A stretch of 64,000 nucleotides of DNA from Desulfobacterales bacterium (GTDB lineage: Bacteria > Desulfobacterota > Desulfobacteria > Desulfobacterales > UBA2174), in contig CAXXWC010000001.1 in NCBI GenBank assembly GCA_963668645.2, positions 128,001 through 192,000 of the forward strand, given 5' to 3'. Under the pieces are notes generated by a model. That model was not told where the DNA came from. It saw nothing but the letters and a program-made list of their open reading frames with translations, and ran no database searches. How positions within the stretch are numbered: the stretch's first letter is position 1; every line of letters begins with the position of its first letter. The position numbers and the translations under genes were made by a program. Below are positions 47,437 through 59,475 of this stretch, in pieces.

Positions 47437-48198
47437 TTAATCGGCGTCGATCTGCCAACCGCGAAGCTGATCGAAAAGATCGTCGTCGGTCATGTCGCAT
47501 TTGAGCGGCGTTATGGAGATAAACCGCTTCGAGAGCACCTGCCCGTCTGCCTCAGGCTCCCCGTCAAAATGCTGGGCATCGGTGCCGGACCAGAAATAGG
47601 GCCTGCTGCGCGGGTCGCGGCGCTTCTCATAATAATCGGCCAGCCCGCCAAGCCCCTGCCGGCTGATCTTGATCCCGGCGATCTCGGCCAGGGGCAGATC
47701 CGGCAGGTTGACATTGAGCAGGGAGCCGCGCGGCAGCCCGTGGTGTTGAATCTCGGCGGCCATCCGAAGGGCGAAACCGGCCGCGCTGTCCAGATGGCGG
47801 CACTCCGGTCCCTGCAGCGAGACCGCCAGGGCCGGGACCCCGCACAGGGCGGCTTCTTTGGCGGCCGCCACGGTTCCCGAGTAGTTGACGTTGACGCCGA
47901 CGTTGGCCCCGGGATTGATTCCCGAAACGACCAGGTCCGGCCTCTGTTCCAGGACCTCGATGAGGGCGAACTTGACGCAGTCGGCCGGCGTACCGTTGAG
48001 CGCCACGGCCTTTTGGCCGCCGTTGACGGTCACCGTAGCGGCGCGCAGGGGCCGGCTGAGGGTAATGGCATGGCCCACGGCGCTGCGCTCGCGGTCCGGG
48101 GCCACCACCGTCACCTCGTGAACGGTGCTCAGCCGCCGGTAAAGGGCCCACAGGCCGGGGGCGTGGACACCGTCGTCATTGGTCAACAAAATTTTCAT
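47437..48198 (-). CDS. surE: 5'/3'-nucleotidase SurE
   Basis: ILLTNDDG, GTPADCV and SGINPGANVG..VNYSGTV motifs. Confidence 0.95.
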   Translation of the reverse strand: MKILLTNDDGVHAPGLWALYRRLSTVHEVTVVAPDRERSAVGHAITLSRPLRAATVTVNGGQKAVALNGTPADCVKFALIEVLEQRPDLVVSGINPGANVGVNVNYSGTVAAAKEAALCGVPALAVSLQGPECRHLDSAAGFALRMAAEIQHHGLPRGSLLNVNLPDLPLAEIAGIKISRQGLGGLADYYEKRRDPRSRPYFWSGTDAQHFDGEPEADGQVLSKRFISITPLKCDMTDDDLFDQLRGWQIDAD

Positions 48199-48478
48199 GA
48201 TCGATCACATTCTCCGGCAATCCTGAAAAACAGCGGGCATCGCTCCGTGGGCCTATCCATAACCCAACCGGTGGCCTTTGAAAAGGGGGATGGGGCGGAC
48301 CGGCTTTTCGAGATACTTGCTTTTGTCCGCCTTCGAATTGTATAGGGGCCTTGTCGAAAGGTCGCGCCACCCCAGACCGTTTTCGGATACGATCCCCTTT
48401 GCAGGCGGAATGACAGTGACGGATGCTTATCCAGCGAATCGAGGTTGCTATGAGGATCAGAGGGCAGGTGGGGCTGTG

Positions 48479-50821
48479 ATGGCCCGATCAGGCACCCTGA
48501 CCGCCGCCGGTTTCGGCGTCCTGACAGGCCGTGCGGCCGGCCTGGTGATTTTTATCGCGACGGTCTTCGCCGTTTTGGTTGCCAGCGGTCTGGCGGCCGG
48601 AGCCGAGAGCCCGTCGCCGCCCTGGCACATCACTGCCGACCGGTTGGAACATGACCACCTGGCGGATCGCTACCTGGCGGTGGGCAATGTGGTCATCAGC
48701 CGCCAAGCGATCCAGCTCAGCGCCGATCGCGTTTTGCTGGACCGCAAGGCCATGCAAGTTGAAGCCGAAGGCCATGTGATGGCCACCTTTCAAAACGACG
48801 TCATTACCGGCCAGCGACTGACCATGGACCTGGCGGCCGAAACCGGGACGATCTATAAGGGAACGATCTTCCTGTCCGAAAACCATTTTTACATCCGCGG
48901 CGACCGCATCGAAAAACTCGGGCCGGCCACCTATCAGGCCGATCCGGTGGAGGTGACCACCTGCGACGGCCCGAATCCGGACTGGCGCATCACCGGGCGC
49001 CGCCTGGACGTAACGGTGGAAGGTTACGGCAAGTTGGACCATGCCACCTTCTGGGCCCGCCGCCTGCCCCTGGTCTATACCCCGAAGCTGGTCTTTCCGG
49101 CCAAACGCCAGCGACAAACCGGGTTCCTCCCACCCCAGATCGGCCTTTCGGACCGTCTCGGCGAGGATCTGACCCAGCCGTTCTACTGGGCCATCGACGA
49201 GGATCAAGACGCCACCTTCTACCTGCGCCATCTGGGAAAGCGGGGGGAGATGCTCGGTGCCGAATACCGCTATGTCCTGGGTGAAGGCTCCCGCGGGACC
49301 CTGATGGCCGATTTTCTGGAAGACCGGCGCGTCGACGACGGCACGGCCGCCAGCGACAACTGGGCTTACAGTGAAACCCCGACCCGCAGCAACAGCGACC
49401 GCTACTGGCTGCGCGGGCGCATCGACCAGGATCTTCCCGGCCAATTCAAGGCCAAACTCGATCTGGACATCGTCAGCGACGCGGATTACCTGCGCGAGTT
49501 CAGCAGCGGGCTCAACGGATTTGCCGCCACCGACCGGGTCTTTGCCGCCACTTTCGGCCGCGAGCTGGATGAACTGGAAGACACGGTGCGCGCCAACCGG
49601 CTCAACATCAGCCGCACCTGGGACCAGTACAGCCTGAACATGGACACCCAGTGGCTCGACGATCTCATCGGCCGCCGTCAAAAAGGGGTCAACGAGGTTC
49701 TCCAGCAGCTTCAAAGCGTGACCTTCGACGCGGTGCGCCAGCCGCTGACCGCCACCCCCTTCTACTTCGATCTAGCCAGCGAGTATCGTTATTTCTATCT
49801 GGAAAACAGCCGCCGGGCCCAGCGCCTCGATATTTATCCGCGCACCTACTGGCCGCTGCGGGCAGGACGCTTTCTGGGCATCGAGCCTTCCGTGGGTCTG
49901 CGGGAAACCGTCTGGTATGTGGAGAAAGACAACCTGGGGGACGAATCGCTCAACGAACCGCTGGCGCGCGAGATGATCGACTTCAAACTGGATGCCAGCA
50001 GCGAGGTCTCCCGCGTCTACTACCCGGCCCTATGGGGCATCGAAGCCTTGAAACACAGCATCCGGCCGCAGCTGGTCTACCAGTATGTGCCGCCGGTCGA
50101 ACAGGAACGGTATCCGAGTTTCGACACCCTCGACCGGCTGGATGAGGTCAACCTCATCACCGGGACCCTGACCCAGACCTTTACCTCCCGGGCCCGCCCC
50201 GCGCAAAGCCGCGCTTCGCGAACCGGAAATGACCCGCAGGCTGAAGCGGCGCCCATCTACCGCGAAATCGGCTACCTGGAGATCTCCGGCGGCTACGACA
50301 TCCTCGAGGCGCGGCGGGGCAATCCGGAGCTGAATACGGATCCAGACCGGCGCCAACCTTTGACGCCCATCAGCGTGGAAGCTGAATTTTCCCCTTCCGA
50401 TGCCCTGCGCCTGACCGCCGACGCCAGCCGCTCTCCGTATAGCGGCCATTGTGAAACGCACAATATAGCCTTACAATTGGCCGATTCACGGAATGACGAA
50501 CTCTATGTCGAGCACCGCTACACTTACGAGAGCAACGAATCGCTTTTTACCCAGCTCCTGGTGCCCTTGACCGAAAGTCTGACCACTTACGGCGAATGGG
50601 AGCGCAACCTGAAAGACGACCGCCAACTTGAAGTCAGTGCCGGGCTGCTTTACACCACCCAGTGCTGGGCCCTGGATCTGGGCTATACCAAGGAATACGG
50701 CAGCGGCAAGAGCCTGGCCTTTATGATCCACCTCTACGGCCTGGGAGGGCTGGGCCAGGAAAGCGTCATAAAACGGCGCATAACCGATCCTTTCGAGTGG
50801 CGCGATAGCCGGCTGGATTGA
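48479..50821 (+). CDS. lptD: LPS-assembly protein LptD
   Basis: Signal-like hydrophobic stretch, beta-jellyroll N-terminus (ITADRL, LSAD), TTCD, RQTGFLPP, PFYWAI and QCW near the C-terminus. Start uncertain. Confidence 0.85.
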   Translation: MARSGTLTAAGFGVLTGRAAGLVIFIATVFAVLVASGLAAGAESPSPPWHITADRLEHDHLADRYLAVGNVVISRQAIQLSADRVLLDRKAMQVEAEGHVMATFQNDVITGQRLTMDLAAETGTIYKGTIFLSENHFYIRGDRIEKLGPATYQADPVEVTTCDGPNPDWRITGRRLDVTVEGYGKLDHATFWARRLPLVYTPKLVFPAKRQRQTGFLPPQIGLSDRLGEDLTQPFYWAIDEDQDATFYLRHLGKRGEMLGAEYRYVLGEGSRGTLMADFLEDRRVDDGTAASDNWAYSETPTRSNSDRYWLRGRIDQDLPGQFKAKLDLDIVSDADYLREFSSGLNGFAATDRVFAATFGRELDELEDTVRANRLNISRTWDQYSLNMDTQWLDDLIGRRQKGVNEVLQQLQSVTFDAVRQPLTATPFYFDLASEYRYFYLENSRRAQRLDIYPRTYWPLRAGRFLGIEPSVGLRETVWYVEKDNLGDESLNEPLAREMIDFKLDASSEVSRVYYPALWGIEALKHSIRPQLVYQYVPPVEQERYPSFDTLDRLDEVNLITGTLTQTFTSRARPAQSRASRTGNDPQAEAAPIYREIGYLEISGGYDILEARRGNPELNTDPDRRQPLTPISVEAEFSPSDALRLTADASRSPYSGHCETHNIALQLADSRNDELYVEHRYTYESNESLFTQLLVPLTESLTTYGEWERNLKDDRQLEVSAGLLYTTQCWALDLGYTKEYGSGKSLAFMIHLYGLGGLGQESVIKRRITDPFEWRDSRLD

Positions 50822-50853
50822 TCCACCCGGCTATCGCCGAGATATGACCATCG

Positions 50854-51393
50854 ATGGTTGAAGACCAATTCATATACCGCTGGTATGTCCTGCATACCCG
50901 CAGCCGTTTTGAAAATGTGGTCCACGAAGGGCTGCTTAAAAAGAGCTTCGATGTTTTTTTGCCCCGCGTCCAGGTGCGCAGCAAGCGCCGGGACCGCCGG
51001 CAGCTGATTCATGTTCCCCTTTTCCCCGGATACATCTTCGTCAACAGCGACCTTAATCCGTACCGTCAGTTGGAGATCGTCAAGACCGCAGGCGTGGTAC
51101 GCTTGGTGGGCAACACCCACGGCCCTTTGCCCGTGGATGAGCAGACCGTCGCCTCGCTGAAGATCATGGTTCAAAGCGAGCAGGAAATCCGCACCGGCCG
51201 CCGCCTGAGCCGGGGCGAAGAGGTTATGGTGGCGGCCGGTCCTCTGGCCGGTGTGGTGGGCACTTTCGTGCGCTACCGGGGCCAGGACCGGGTCGTGGTC
51301 CACATTCAGGCCCTCGGCCAATATGCCGCGGTCGAAGTGGACACCGCCGATGTGGAGCCGGTTTCACGTTTGCACCGCCTCAATCCCGGCTAA
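50854..51393 (+). CDS. NusG paralog (UpxY/RfaH/LoaP-like transcription antiterminator)
   Basis: WYVLHTRSRFE, PLFPGYIFV and the KOW motif AGPLAGVVG; not in the secE/rplK context of housekeeping nusG. Confidence 0.85.
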   Translation: MVEDQFIYRWYVLHTRSRFENVVHEGLLKKSFDVFLPRVQVRSKRRDRRQLIHVPLFPGYIFVNSDLNPYRQLEIVKTAGVVRLVGNTHGPLPVDEQTVASLKIMVQSEQEIRTGRRLSRGEEVMVAAGPLAGVVGTFVRYRGQDRVVVHIQALGQYAAVEVDTADVEPVSRLHRLNPG

Positions 51394-51537
51394 AATCAGG
51401 AGGCCCCATAACTCCTTGACTTTTTACCCGCTTTCCTTTAGGAAGAAGCCCAAACATCGGTCGTACCCGCAAACGGCTTGGCGCCCCTCCGGACGCCAGA
51501 GGCATAAACCGGGTTGCGAATGTCACAAGGAGGTTCG

Positions 51538-51834
51538 ATGAACAAGTTGGAACTGATCTCCGCCTTGAAAACCGAGGCCAAAGTTTCCAAAGCCGAGGCA
51601 GCCAGGGTGGTTCAAATTTTTTTCGACCGCATGGCCGACGCCCTGGCAGACGGTGAGCGGGTCGAGATTCGGGGGCTGTGCAGCTTCTTCGTAAAGGAGT
51701 ATAAAAGCTATACCGGCCGCAATCCCAAAACGGGTGAAAAAGTGCTCATCCACCCCAAAAGACTCCCATTCTTCAAATCCGGCAAGGAACTTAAAGAACG
51801 CGTCGACCTCCTCGATCCGTCGGATAGCGCCTGA
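51538..51834 (+). CDS. ihfB: Integration host factor beta / HU-family DNA-binding protein
   Basis: MNKLELI, RVEIRGLCSF, GRNPKTGE and PFFKSGKELKERVD motifs; SD AAGGAGG. Confidence 0.85.
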   Translation: MNKLELISALKTEAKVSKAEAARVVQIFFDRMADALADGERVEIRGLCSFFVKEYKSYTGRNPKTGEKVLIHPKRLPFFKSGKELKERVDLLDPSDSA

Positions 51835-51851
51835 TTGACACCGAGCCGAAC

Positions 51852-52865
51852 GTGACCGGATTTGACGCCATCCTGGGGCAAGACCGGCCGTTGCGGATCC
51901 TGAGGGCACTTCTGGCCAATGGTGCGGTGCCGCACGCCCTGCTCTTTACCGGAATCGAAGGGATCGGCAAGGCCGCGGCAGCCCGGGCCATGGCCATGGC
52001 CCTCAACTGCCGGCAAAAGCCGCTTGCCGGGTGCGGCCAATGCCGCGATTGCCGGCGCATCGAGGCCGACACCCACCCCGATTTTGTGCGGATCTTGCCG
52101 GCAGGCACCTTTTTCAAAATCGGCCAGGTCCGTGAGTTGCTGGCAACCCTGGCGATGAAGCCCTACGAAGCACGCCATCGGGTGGTGCTGCTGGTCGACG
52201 CCCACAAGATGACCCCTGCGGCGGGCAACGCCCTGCTCAAGGTCCTGGAGGAGCCGCCGCCGCAGACGATCCTGGTGCTCACGGCCCCCCAGGCATCCGA
52301 TCTGCTGCCGACCATCGTCTCGCGATGCCAACATCTGCGTTTTCAGCCGCTGAGCGACGCGCGCATCGTCGAAATGCTGGTCGGTGGCCACGGTCTTGAC
52401 AGCGCGGATGCGGCTGTTCTGGCCGCGCTGGCCGGGGGCAGTCCGGCCAGGGCCCTGGCCCGCCACGAGACAGCGGCCCAATGGCGGAGGCGCCGGGACT
52501 GGCTCGCCGACCAGCTCGACGGGATCCAGCACAAGGGCGCGGCCCTTTGGCTGGCCATGGCGGAGCATCTGGCAAAAGACGGCAAAGGGGTCCACGACAG
52601 TCTCGAATTGGCCAAATCCTGGCTGCGGGACCTGATCGTGGTGCGCCACCGGCCGTCGCTGGGGATTCACCAAGATCGGCTTGAAACACTCAAAAGCCGG
52701 TCCGCCGGCGTGGATGTTCAGTGTCTGGTGCGACAGATCGTACACCTTCAGCAGGCCCAAATGGCCCTGAAGGCCAACGCAGCCGTCCGGCTGACCCTTG
52801 AAACCCTTTTTTTCGCCCTGGCCCGCGAAGCCGGCGCTTCCGCGCCAAAAGCTTCCGGCCCTTGA
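51852..52865 (+). CDS. holB: DNA polymerase III delta' subunit
   Basis: HALLFTG, Zn motif CGQCRDC, HPDF, NALLKVLEEPP and LLPTIVSRC. Confidence 0.92.
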   Translation: MTGFDAILGQDRPLRILRALLANGAVPHALLFTGIEGIGKAAAARAMAMALNCRQKPLAGCGQCRDCRRIEADTHPDFVRILPAGTFFKIGQVRELLATLAMKPYEARHRVVLLVDAHKMTPAAGNALLKVLEEPPPQTILVLTAPQASDLLPTIVSRCQHLRFQPLSDARIVEMLVGGHGLDSADAAVLAALAGGSPARALARHETAAQWRRRRDWLADQLDGIQHKGAALWLAMAEHLAKDGKGVHDSLELAKSWLRDLIVVRHRPSLGIHQDRLETLKSRSAGVDVQCLVRQIVHLQQAQMALKANAAVRLTLETLFFALAREAGASAPKASGP

Positions 52866-52888
52866 AAAGGGGGGCGGCAGAAAGTTGA

Positions 52889-53722
52889 ATGAAGATGTAC
52901 AGAGTTGTGGGCATTCGATTCAAACCGGCGGGCAAGGTCTACGATTTTGACTGCGGTGCCTTCGTACTGAACATCGGCGATCCGGTGATCGTCGAGACCG
53001 AACGAGGCCTGGGGTTCGGACGGGTGGCGGTGGCGCCGCACAGCGAGGAGGCCCTGCCTGGGGACAAATCCCTCAAGAAGGTCCATCGCATGGCCCGCGA
53101 AGAGGATCTGACCCAGCTCGAAATCAACGCGCGCCTGGAAAAAAGCGCCTACGAGATCTGCCACCGGTATATCCGGCAGCTGAACCTGCCCATGAACCTG
53201 TTCAGCGTCGAGTCCACCTTCGATGCCAACAAGTTGACCTTCTTTTTTACCAGCGAGGGGCGCGTCGATTTCCGCCAACTGGTTAAAATGCTGGTCAAGA
53301 AACTGGGCACCCGCATCGAGATGCGCCAAGTGGGAATCCGCAACCAAGCCAAAATGTGCGGCGGCCTGGGCCGCTGCGGGCGCGAGATCTGCTGCACCGG
53401 CTTCATGGAAAAATTCGGCCCGGTTTCGATCCGTATGGCCAAGGAGCAGGGGCTCTCGCTGAATCCAACCAAGATTTCCGGCCTCTGCGGGCGCCTGATG
53501 TGCTGCCTGACCTTCGAATTCGAAACCTACCGCGACCTGAAGCAGGGGATGCCGAAAATCGGCAAGACTGTCACCACTGCCCAGGGCAAAGGCAAGGTCG
53601 TGCGCCACAACACCCTCAAACGCCGTCTGGCGGTGCGCCTCAGCGAAGGTCCCGAAATCGAAATCGAACCCGAAGAGCTGATCACCGAAAAAGTCGCGAC
53701 GGAAAAGGATGCACCCCGATGA
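52889..53722 (+). CDS. ricT: PSP1/RicT (YaaT) family protein
   Basis: GRVDFRQLVK, RIEMRQVG, CGREICC and ISGLCGRLMCCL motifs; holB-yaaT-metG order. Confidence 0.88.
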   Translation: MKMYRVVGIRFKPAGKVYDFDCGAFVLNIGDPVIVETERGLGFGRVAVAPHSEEALPGDKSLKKVHRMAREEDLTQLEINARLEKSAYEICHRYIRQLNLPMNLFSVESTFDANKLTFFFTSEGRVDFRQLVKMLVKKLGTRIEMRQVGIRNQAKMCGGLGRCGREICCTGFMEKFGPVSIRMAKEQGLSLNPTKISGLCGRLMCCLTFEFETYRDLKQGMPKIGKTVTTAQGKGKVVRHNTLKRRLAVRLSEGPEIEIEPEELITEKVATEKDAPR

Positions 53723-55641
53723 AAACACCGTTTTATATAACCACCCCCATCTATTACGTTAATGCACAACCGCATCTGGGCCATGCGTATACGACCATCA
53801 TCGCCGATGTTGCCCGTCGTTTTCATGAAATGTGCGACCAGCCGACCTTCTTTCTCACCGGCACCGACGAGCATGGCGACAAGATCGTGCGCGCCGCGCG
53901 CCGCGAAAAGATGAGCCCGCGGGCCTACGCCGATAAAGTCAGTGCCCAGTTTCAGGCCCTCTGGCCCAAGTTGAACATCGACTTGAGCCGTTTTATCCGC
54001 ACCACCGATCCGGGCCACCAGCTCGTGGTGAAGCAAATTCTGCAAAAAATCTATGATTCCGGAGACATCTACTTCGCCGAATACGAAGGGCTTTACTGCT
54101 TCGGCTGCGAGCGCTTTTACAACGAACGCGAACTGGTCGACGGCCTCTGCCCGGATCATCAGACCGCTCCCGAGTTGATCCGCGAAGCCAACTACTTCTT
54201 TCGCATGAGCCGCTACCAGCAGTGGCTCATCGACCACATCACGGCCCATCCGGATTTCATCCGCCCCGAGCGCTACCGCAACGAGGTGCTCGCCTTTTTG
54301 CGCGAACCGCTCGAAGACCTTTGCATCTCCAGGCCCAAGAGCCGGCTCCAATGGGGCATCAGCCTGCCCTTCGACGACCGTTATGTAACCTACGTCTGGT
54401 TCGATGCCCTGATCAACTACGTCAGCGCTCTGGGCTATCCCGACGGGGAGGACTTCGCCACCTTCTGGCCCCAGGTCCAGCACATCGTGGCCAAGGACAT
54501 TCTCAAACCCCACGGTATCTACTGGCCGATCATGCTCAAGGCGGCCGGAATTCCGGTTTACCAGCATCTCAACGTCCATGGATACTGGAACATCGATCAG
54601 AGCAAGATGAGCAAAAGCCTGGGCAACGTGGTCGACCCGCTGCATCTCAAAGACATTTACGGCCTGGACCCGTTCCGGTATTTCCTGCTGCGGGAGATGA
54701 ATTTCGGCCTGGACTCGAGTTTTTCCGAAGAGCAGCTCGTGGCGAGGATCAACGCAGATCTGGCCAACGACCTGGGCAACCTCTTTTCCCGGGTCACCGC
54801 CATGGCCCACAAGTATCACGGCGGGCGCATTCCGGCGCCGGATCCCGCGGTTGAAGCCGACCTCAAACTTTCATTGCAGGCCGAAGCCTGGAAGACCATC
54901 GAGGCCTACACCGCGGCCATGCACGAATTCGCCTTCCACCGGGCCGTTCAGATGGTGTGGGATTTTATCAGCCAGATGAACAAGTACATCGACGTCACCC
55001 AGCCGTGGGTCCTGGCCAAGGACAAACGCGCCAGGCCCCAACTGGACGCGGCCATCTACAACCTGCTCGAAGGGCTGCGGGTCGTTTCCGGTTTGATCTA
55101 TCCGGTCATGCCCGACACCGCCGCCAGCATGCAACGTCATCTGGGGCTGGATCCGGCCGAACGGTTTTACGACCTCGAGGGGCTGAAGGCCTGGCGCGGA
55201 TTGCCGCCCGGCAGTGTACTGCCCAAGACCGTGGCCCTCTTTCCGCGCATCGACTGGCCCCCCAAGCCGACGGCGACCGCTGCGGCGGCGGACACGCCGC
55301 TTGCTGCCCCGGCCTTCAAACCGCAGATTTCCTATGAAGATTTCAGCCTGCTCGATCTGCGAGTGGCGACGGTGCTCAAGGCCGAAGCCGTGCCCAAGGC
55401 TAAAAAGCTTCTCAAGCTGGAAATCGACGTCGGCGAAAGGCGCACCATCGTGGCCGGCATCGCCGGCAGCTACGCCCCCGAGGACCTGATCGGGGCCCAG
55501 ATCGTGGTCGTGGCCAACCTGAAACCGGCCAAACTGATGGGGGTTCTTAGCGAAGGGATGCTGCTGGCGGCAACCGGAGAGGAGGTCACGGCCCTGGCCA
55601 CGGTGACCCGTCCGATGCCCCCGGGCACGCCCCTGCGCTAA
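53719..55641 (+). CDS. metG: Methionine--tRNA ligase with C-terminal tRNA-binding domain
   Basis: YITTPIYYVN..PHLGH, TGTDEHG, YVWFDAL, KMSKS and C-terminal NLKPAKLMG..SEGM motifs. Confidence 0.96.
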   Translation: MKTPFYITTPIYYVNAQPHLGHAYTTIIADVARRFHEMCDQPTFFLTGTDEHGDKIVRAARREKMSPRAYADKVSAQFQALWPKLNIDLSRFIRTTDPGHQLVVKQILQKIYDSGDIYFAEYEGLYCFGCERFYNERELVDGLCPDHQTAPELIREANYFFRMSRYQQWLIDHITAHPDFIRPERYRNEVLAFLREPLEDLCISRPKSRLQWGISLPFDDRYVTYVWFDALINYVSALGYPDGEDFATFWPQVQHIVAKDILKPHGIYWPIMLKAAGIPVYQHLNVHGYWNIDQSKMSKSLGNVVDPLHLKDIYGLDPFRYFLLREMNFGLDSSFSEEQLVARINADLANDLGNLFSRVTAMAHKYHGGRIPAPDPAVEADLKLSLQAEAWKTIEAYTAAMHEFAFHRAVQMVWDFISQMNKYIDVTQPWVLAKDKRARPQLDAAIYNLLEGLRVVSGLIYPVMPDTAASMQRHLGLDPAERFYDLEGLKAWRGLPPGSVLPKTVALFPRIDWPPKPTATAAAADTPLAAPAFKPQISYEDFSLLDLRVATVLKAEAVPKAKKLLKLEIDVGERRTIVAGIAGSYAPEDLIGAQIVVVANLKPAKLMGVLSEGMLLAATGEEVTALATVTRPMPPGTPLR

Positions 55642-55684
55642 ACAGACCGATGTCATTCAAAAAGCGCAAGAACGAACTGGATCG

Positions 55685-57062
55685 ATGCTAAATCGTAAAC
55701 CGCCGCCTCTCGGATCCGGATCGCAACCGCCAGCCTGCGATTGGCGTGAATATCAGCGCCTGCTCCAACGCGACACCCGCCGGGGCCGGAGTCGGCGCCG
55801 CTGGACGGGGCTGATCCTGCTCATTGCAGCCGGTATGCTGATCGGCATCTGGCTCGCCGTTTCTCCCACATCGCGGCAAGGCTCGGATGCGACGGCCAGC
55901 ATCGCGCCGTCCACCAAGGCGCCGGTGCCGATCTTGGACCGGCAGCGGCTGCAGGCCCTGATCCAGCCGAAAGATCTGATCAACCGCACCTCATCGCGTT
56001 TCGCAGTCAAGGAGGCCCCACCGTTCCCTGACGGTGGAGACCACCTTGGACGTTTCGCTGCAGCAAAAGCTGATCGACACCCTGAACACCGCCCACGCCC
56101 GCTCCATCGGCATCGTGGCCCTTTCGCCATCCAGCGGCCGGGTCCTGGCCATGGTGGGCTACGACCGGGAAGATCCAAGCGCCAATCCTTGCCTGGAAAG
56201 CCGGTACCCGGCGGCCAGCGTGTTCAAGATCGTCACGGCGGCCGCAGCCATCGAAAAGTGCAGCTTGGACACGGACAGCACCCTGACCTTCAACGGCAAC
56301 CAGTACACCCTTTACCGCAGCCAGCTCAAGGAACAGGTCACCCGCTATACCAACCGCATCCGGTTGCACGACGCCTTTGCCAAATCGGTGAACCCGGTAT
56401 TCGGCAAGCTGGGTGCCTTGAAGCTGGGACGCGAAAACCTGAAAACCTATGCCGAGGCTTTCGGCTTCAATCGATCCTTCGATTTCGAGGCCAAGTTCTC
56501 CCCCAGCCATTTTCAGGTCAACGACGACCCTTATCGTCTGGCGGAACTCGCCTCTGGCTTCAACCGTGAAACCACCCTTTCTCCCCTGCACGGGGCGTTG
56601 ATGGCCGCCGCGGCGGTCAACGCCGGAAACATTTTCACCCCACAGGTGGTCGAACGCATTGTCGATGGGAACGGGAAGGTGGTCTACCGCGGCGAACCGG
56701 ATCTGTTCACCCGGGCCATGACCGCCGCGACCGCGGCCCAGATCGCCGCCATGATGGAGACCAGCGTCACCAGCGGTACCTGCCGCAAACCGTTTCGCGG
56801 TCTGAGCCGCCATCCGGTGCTAAGCCGGCTGGTGATCGGCGGCAAGTCCGGCTCCATCGACAACCGGGAGCATTCGGCACGCATCGACTGGTTCGTCGGG
56901 TTCGCCGCCGAGCGCGAGGGGAGCCAGGCCATCGCCGTGGCGGCCGTGGTGGCGCACGAAAAGTATATCGGCACCCGGGCCGGAGAATACGCCCGCCAGC
57001 TGATGGCGGATTATTTCGGCCAGATCTTCGCCGCCCGCCGATCAGCCGGCCCCAAAGGATGA
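55685..57062 (+). pseudogene. Penicillin-binding transpeptidase split by a 1-nt frameshift near 56016-56019 (pseudogene or assembly error)
   Basis: The first frame gives an N-terminal TM anchor. The second gives HRSLTVETTLDVSLQ with SxxK (ASVFK), SxN (SVN) and KSG. Removing one C from GGCCCCA joins them. Confidence 0.75.
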
Positions 57063-57179
57063 GCCAATGCCCCCGGCCGCTCGATTTTGCAATGCATTCG
57101 AACGGTCTTGGTGGTAATAAAATAGGCGATATTTTTATGATAACCGCAGATACGAAGCATCGAATAAAGGAGAAAAACC

Positions 57180-58370
57180 GTGCCCGGATTTGAAATCTTC
57201 GGTGAAGAGGAGCGCCGTGAAGTCCAGGACGTGCTGGCCACAGGCGTCCTTTTTCGTTACGGATTCGACGCCGCGCGTCAAAACCACTGGAAAGCAAAGA
57301 GCTTCGAGACCGAATTTGCCCGCCGCCTCGGTGCGGCCCACTGCCATCTTTGCAGCAGCGGCACGGCGGCCCTGAGCACCGCCCTGGCCGCCTGCGGCAT
57401 CGGCTGCGGCGACGAAGTGGTGGTGCCCCCGTTTACCTTTGTGGCCACGGTGGAGGCGATCCTGCAGGCCGGTGCGGTGCCGGTCTTCGCCGAAATCGAC
57501 GATACCCTGTGCCTTGATCCGGCCGGGGTGGCCGCCGTTGTCGGAGATCGCACCCGGGCGGTGATGCCGGTACACATGTGCGGCAGCATGGCGCGCATCG
57601 ACGAGCTGGCCGACCTGTGCCGCCGAAACGGTCTGATCCTGATCGAAGACGCCTGCCAGGCGGTGGGCGGCACCTTTCAGGGCCGGTCCCTGGGCACCTT
57701 CGGCAAGGTGGGCTGTTTTTCTTTCGACTCGGTCAAGACCATCACCTGCGGTGAAGGCGGCGCCGTGGTCACCGACGATGCCGATACCTACGGTCGCGCC
57801 CACCAGTTCGCCGATCACGGCCACGATCATATCGGCGGCGACCGGGGGGCCGAGAACCACCCCATCATGGGCCTCAATTTTCGCATCAGCGAACTGAACG
57901 CCGCCGTGGGGCTGGCCCAGCTGGGCAAGCTGGACGGGATCCTGGCGCGCCAGCGCCGGGCCCAAAAAGTGCTTCAGGACGCCCTGGAAGGCTGCCCGGC
58001 GATCCAGTGGCGGCGGGTCCCGGATCCGCAGGGCGATACGGCTACCTTTTTGAACTTTCTGCTTCCCGACGAGGAGCGAACCCGCCAGGCGGCCCGCGAC
58101 CTGGGGGCAGCCGGGGTGGACGGATGTTTTTACTGGTATGACAACAATTGGCATTATCTGCGCCGCTGGGACCACATCCGGGAACTGAAAACCGCGGCCC
58201 GCAGCTGCCAGGCCGCCATGGGCACCTGCCCGGATTACAGGCAGATCAACCTGCCCCAATCCGACCGGATCGTGGCGCGCACCATTTCCATGCAGATCAA
58301 ACTCGGCTGGACCGACGACCAGATCGCCCAACGGGCCGAAATGATGGCCGCCGTGCTCCGGAAAATCTGA
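57180..58370 (+). CDS. kdnA: 8-amino-Kdo (Kdo8N) transaminase, DegT/DnrJ/EryC1/StrS family
   Basis: MPGFEIFGEEER...FRYGFD N-terminus, EDACQA, SFDSVKTITCGEGG, DHGHDH and WYDNNWHY, as remembered for Shewanella KdnA; paired with a kdnB-like gene. Confidence 0.85.
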   Translation: MPGFEIFGEEERREVQDVLATGVLFRYGFDAARQNHWKAKSFETEFARRLGAAHCHLCSSGTAALSTALAACGIGCGDEVVVPPFTFVATVEAILQAGAVPVFAEIDDTLCLDPAGVAAVVGDRTRAVMPVHMCGSMARIDELADLCRRNGLILIEDACQAVGGTFQGRSLGTFGKVGCFSFDSVKTITCGEGGAVVTDDADTYGRAHQFADHGHDHIGGDRGAENHPIMGLNFRISELNAAVGLAQLGKLDGILARQRRAQKVLQDALEGCPAIQWRRVPDPQGDTATFLNFLLPDEERTRQAARDLGAAGVDGCFYWYDNNWHYLRRWDHIRELKTAARSCQAAMGTCPDYRQINLPQSDRIVARTISMQIKLGWTDDQIAQRAEMMAAVLRKI

Positions 58371-58386
58371 ATCTTTATAGAGGTGA

Positions 58387-59457
<1,071 letters not shown>

Positions 59458-59475
59458 CTTTGGAGGACTGCCAGC

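Noticed and set aside
51852..55641. holB-ricT-metG order and RNase J as novelty
   Set aside because: A widely conserved arrangement of ordinary core genes.
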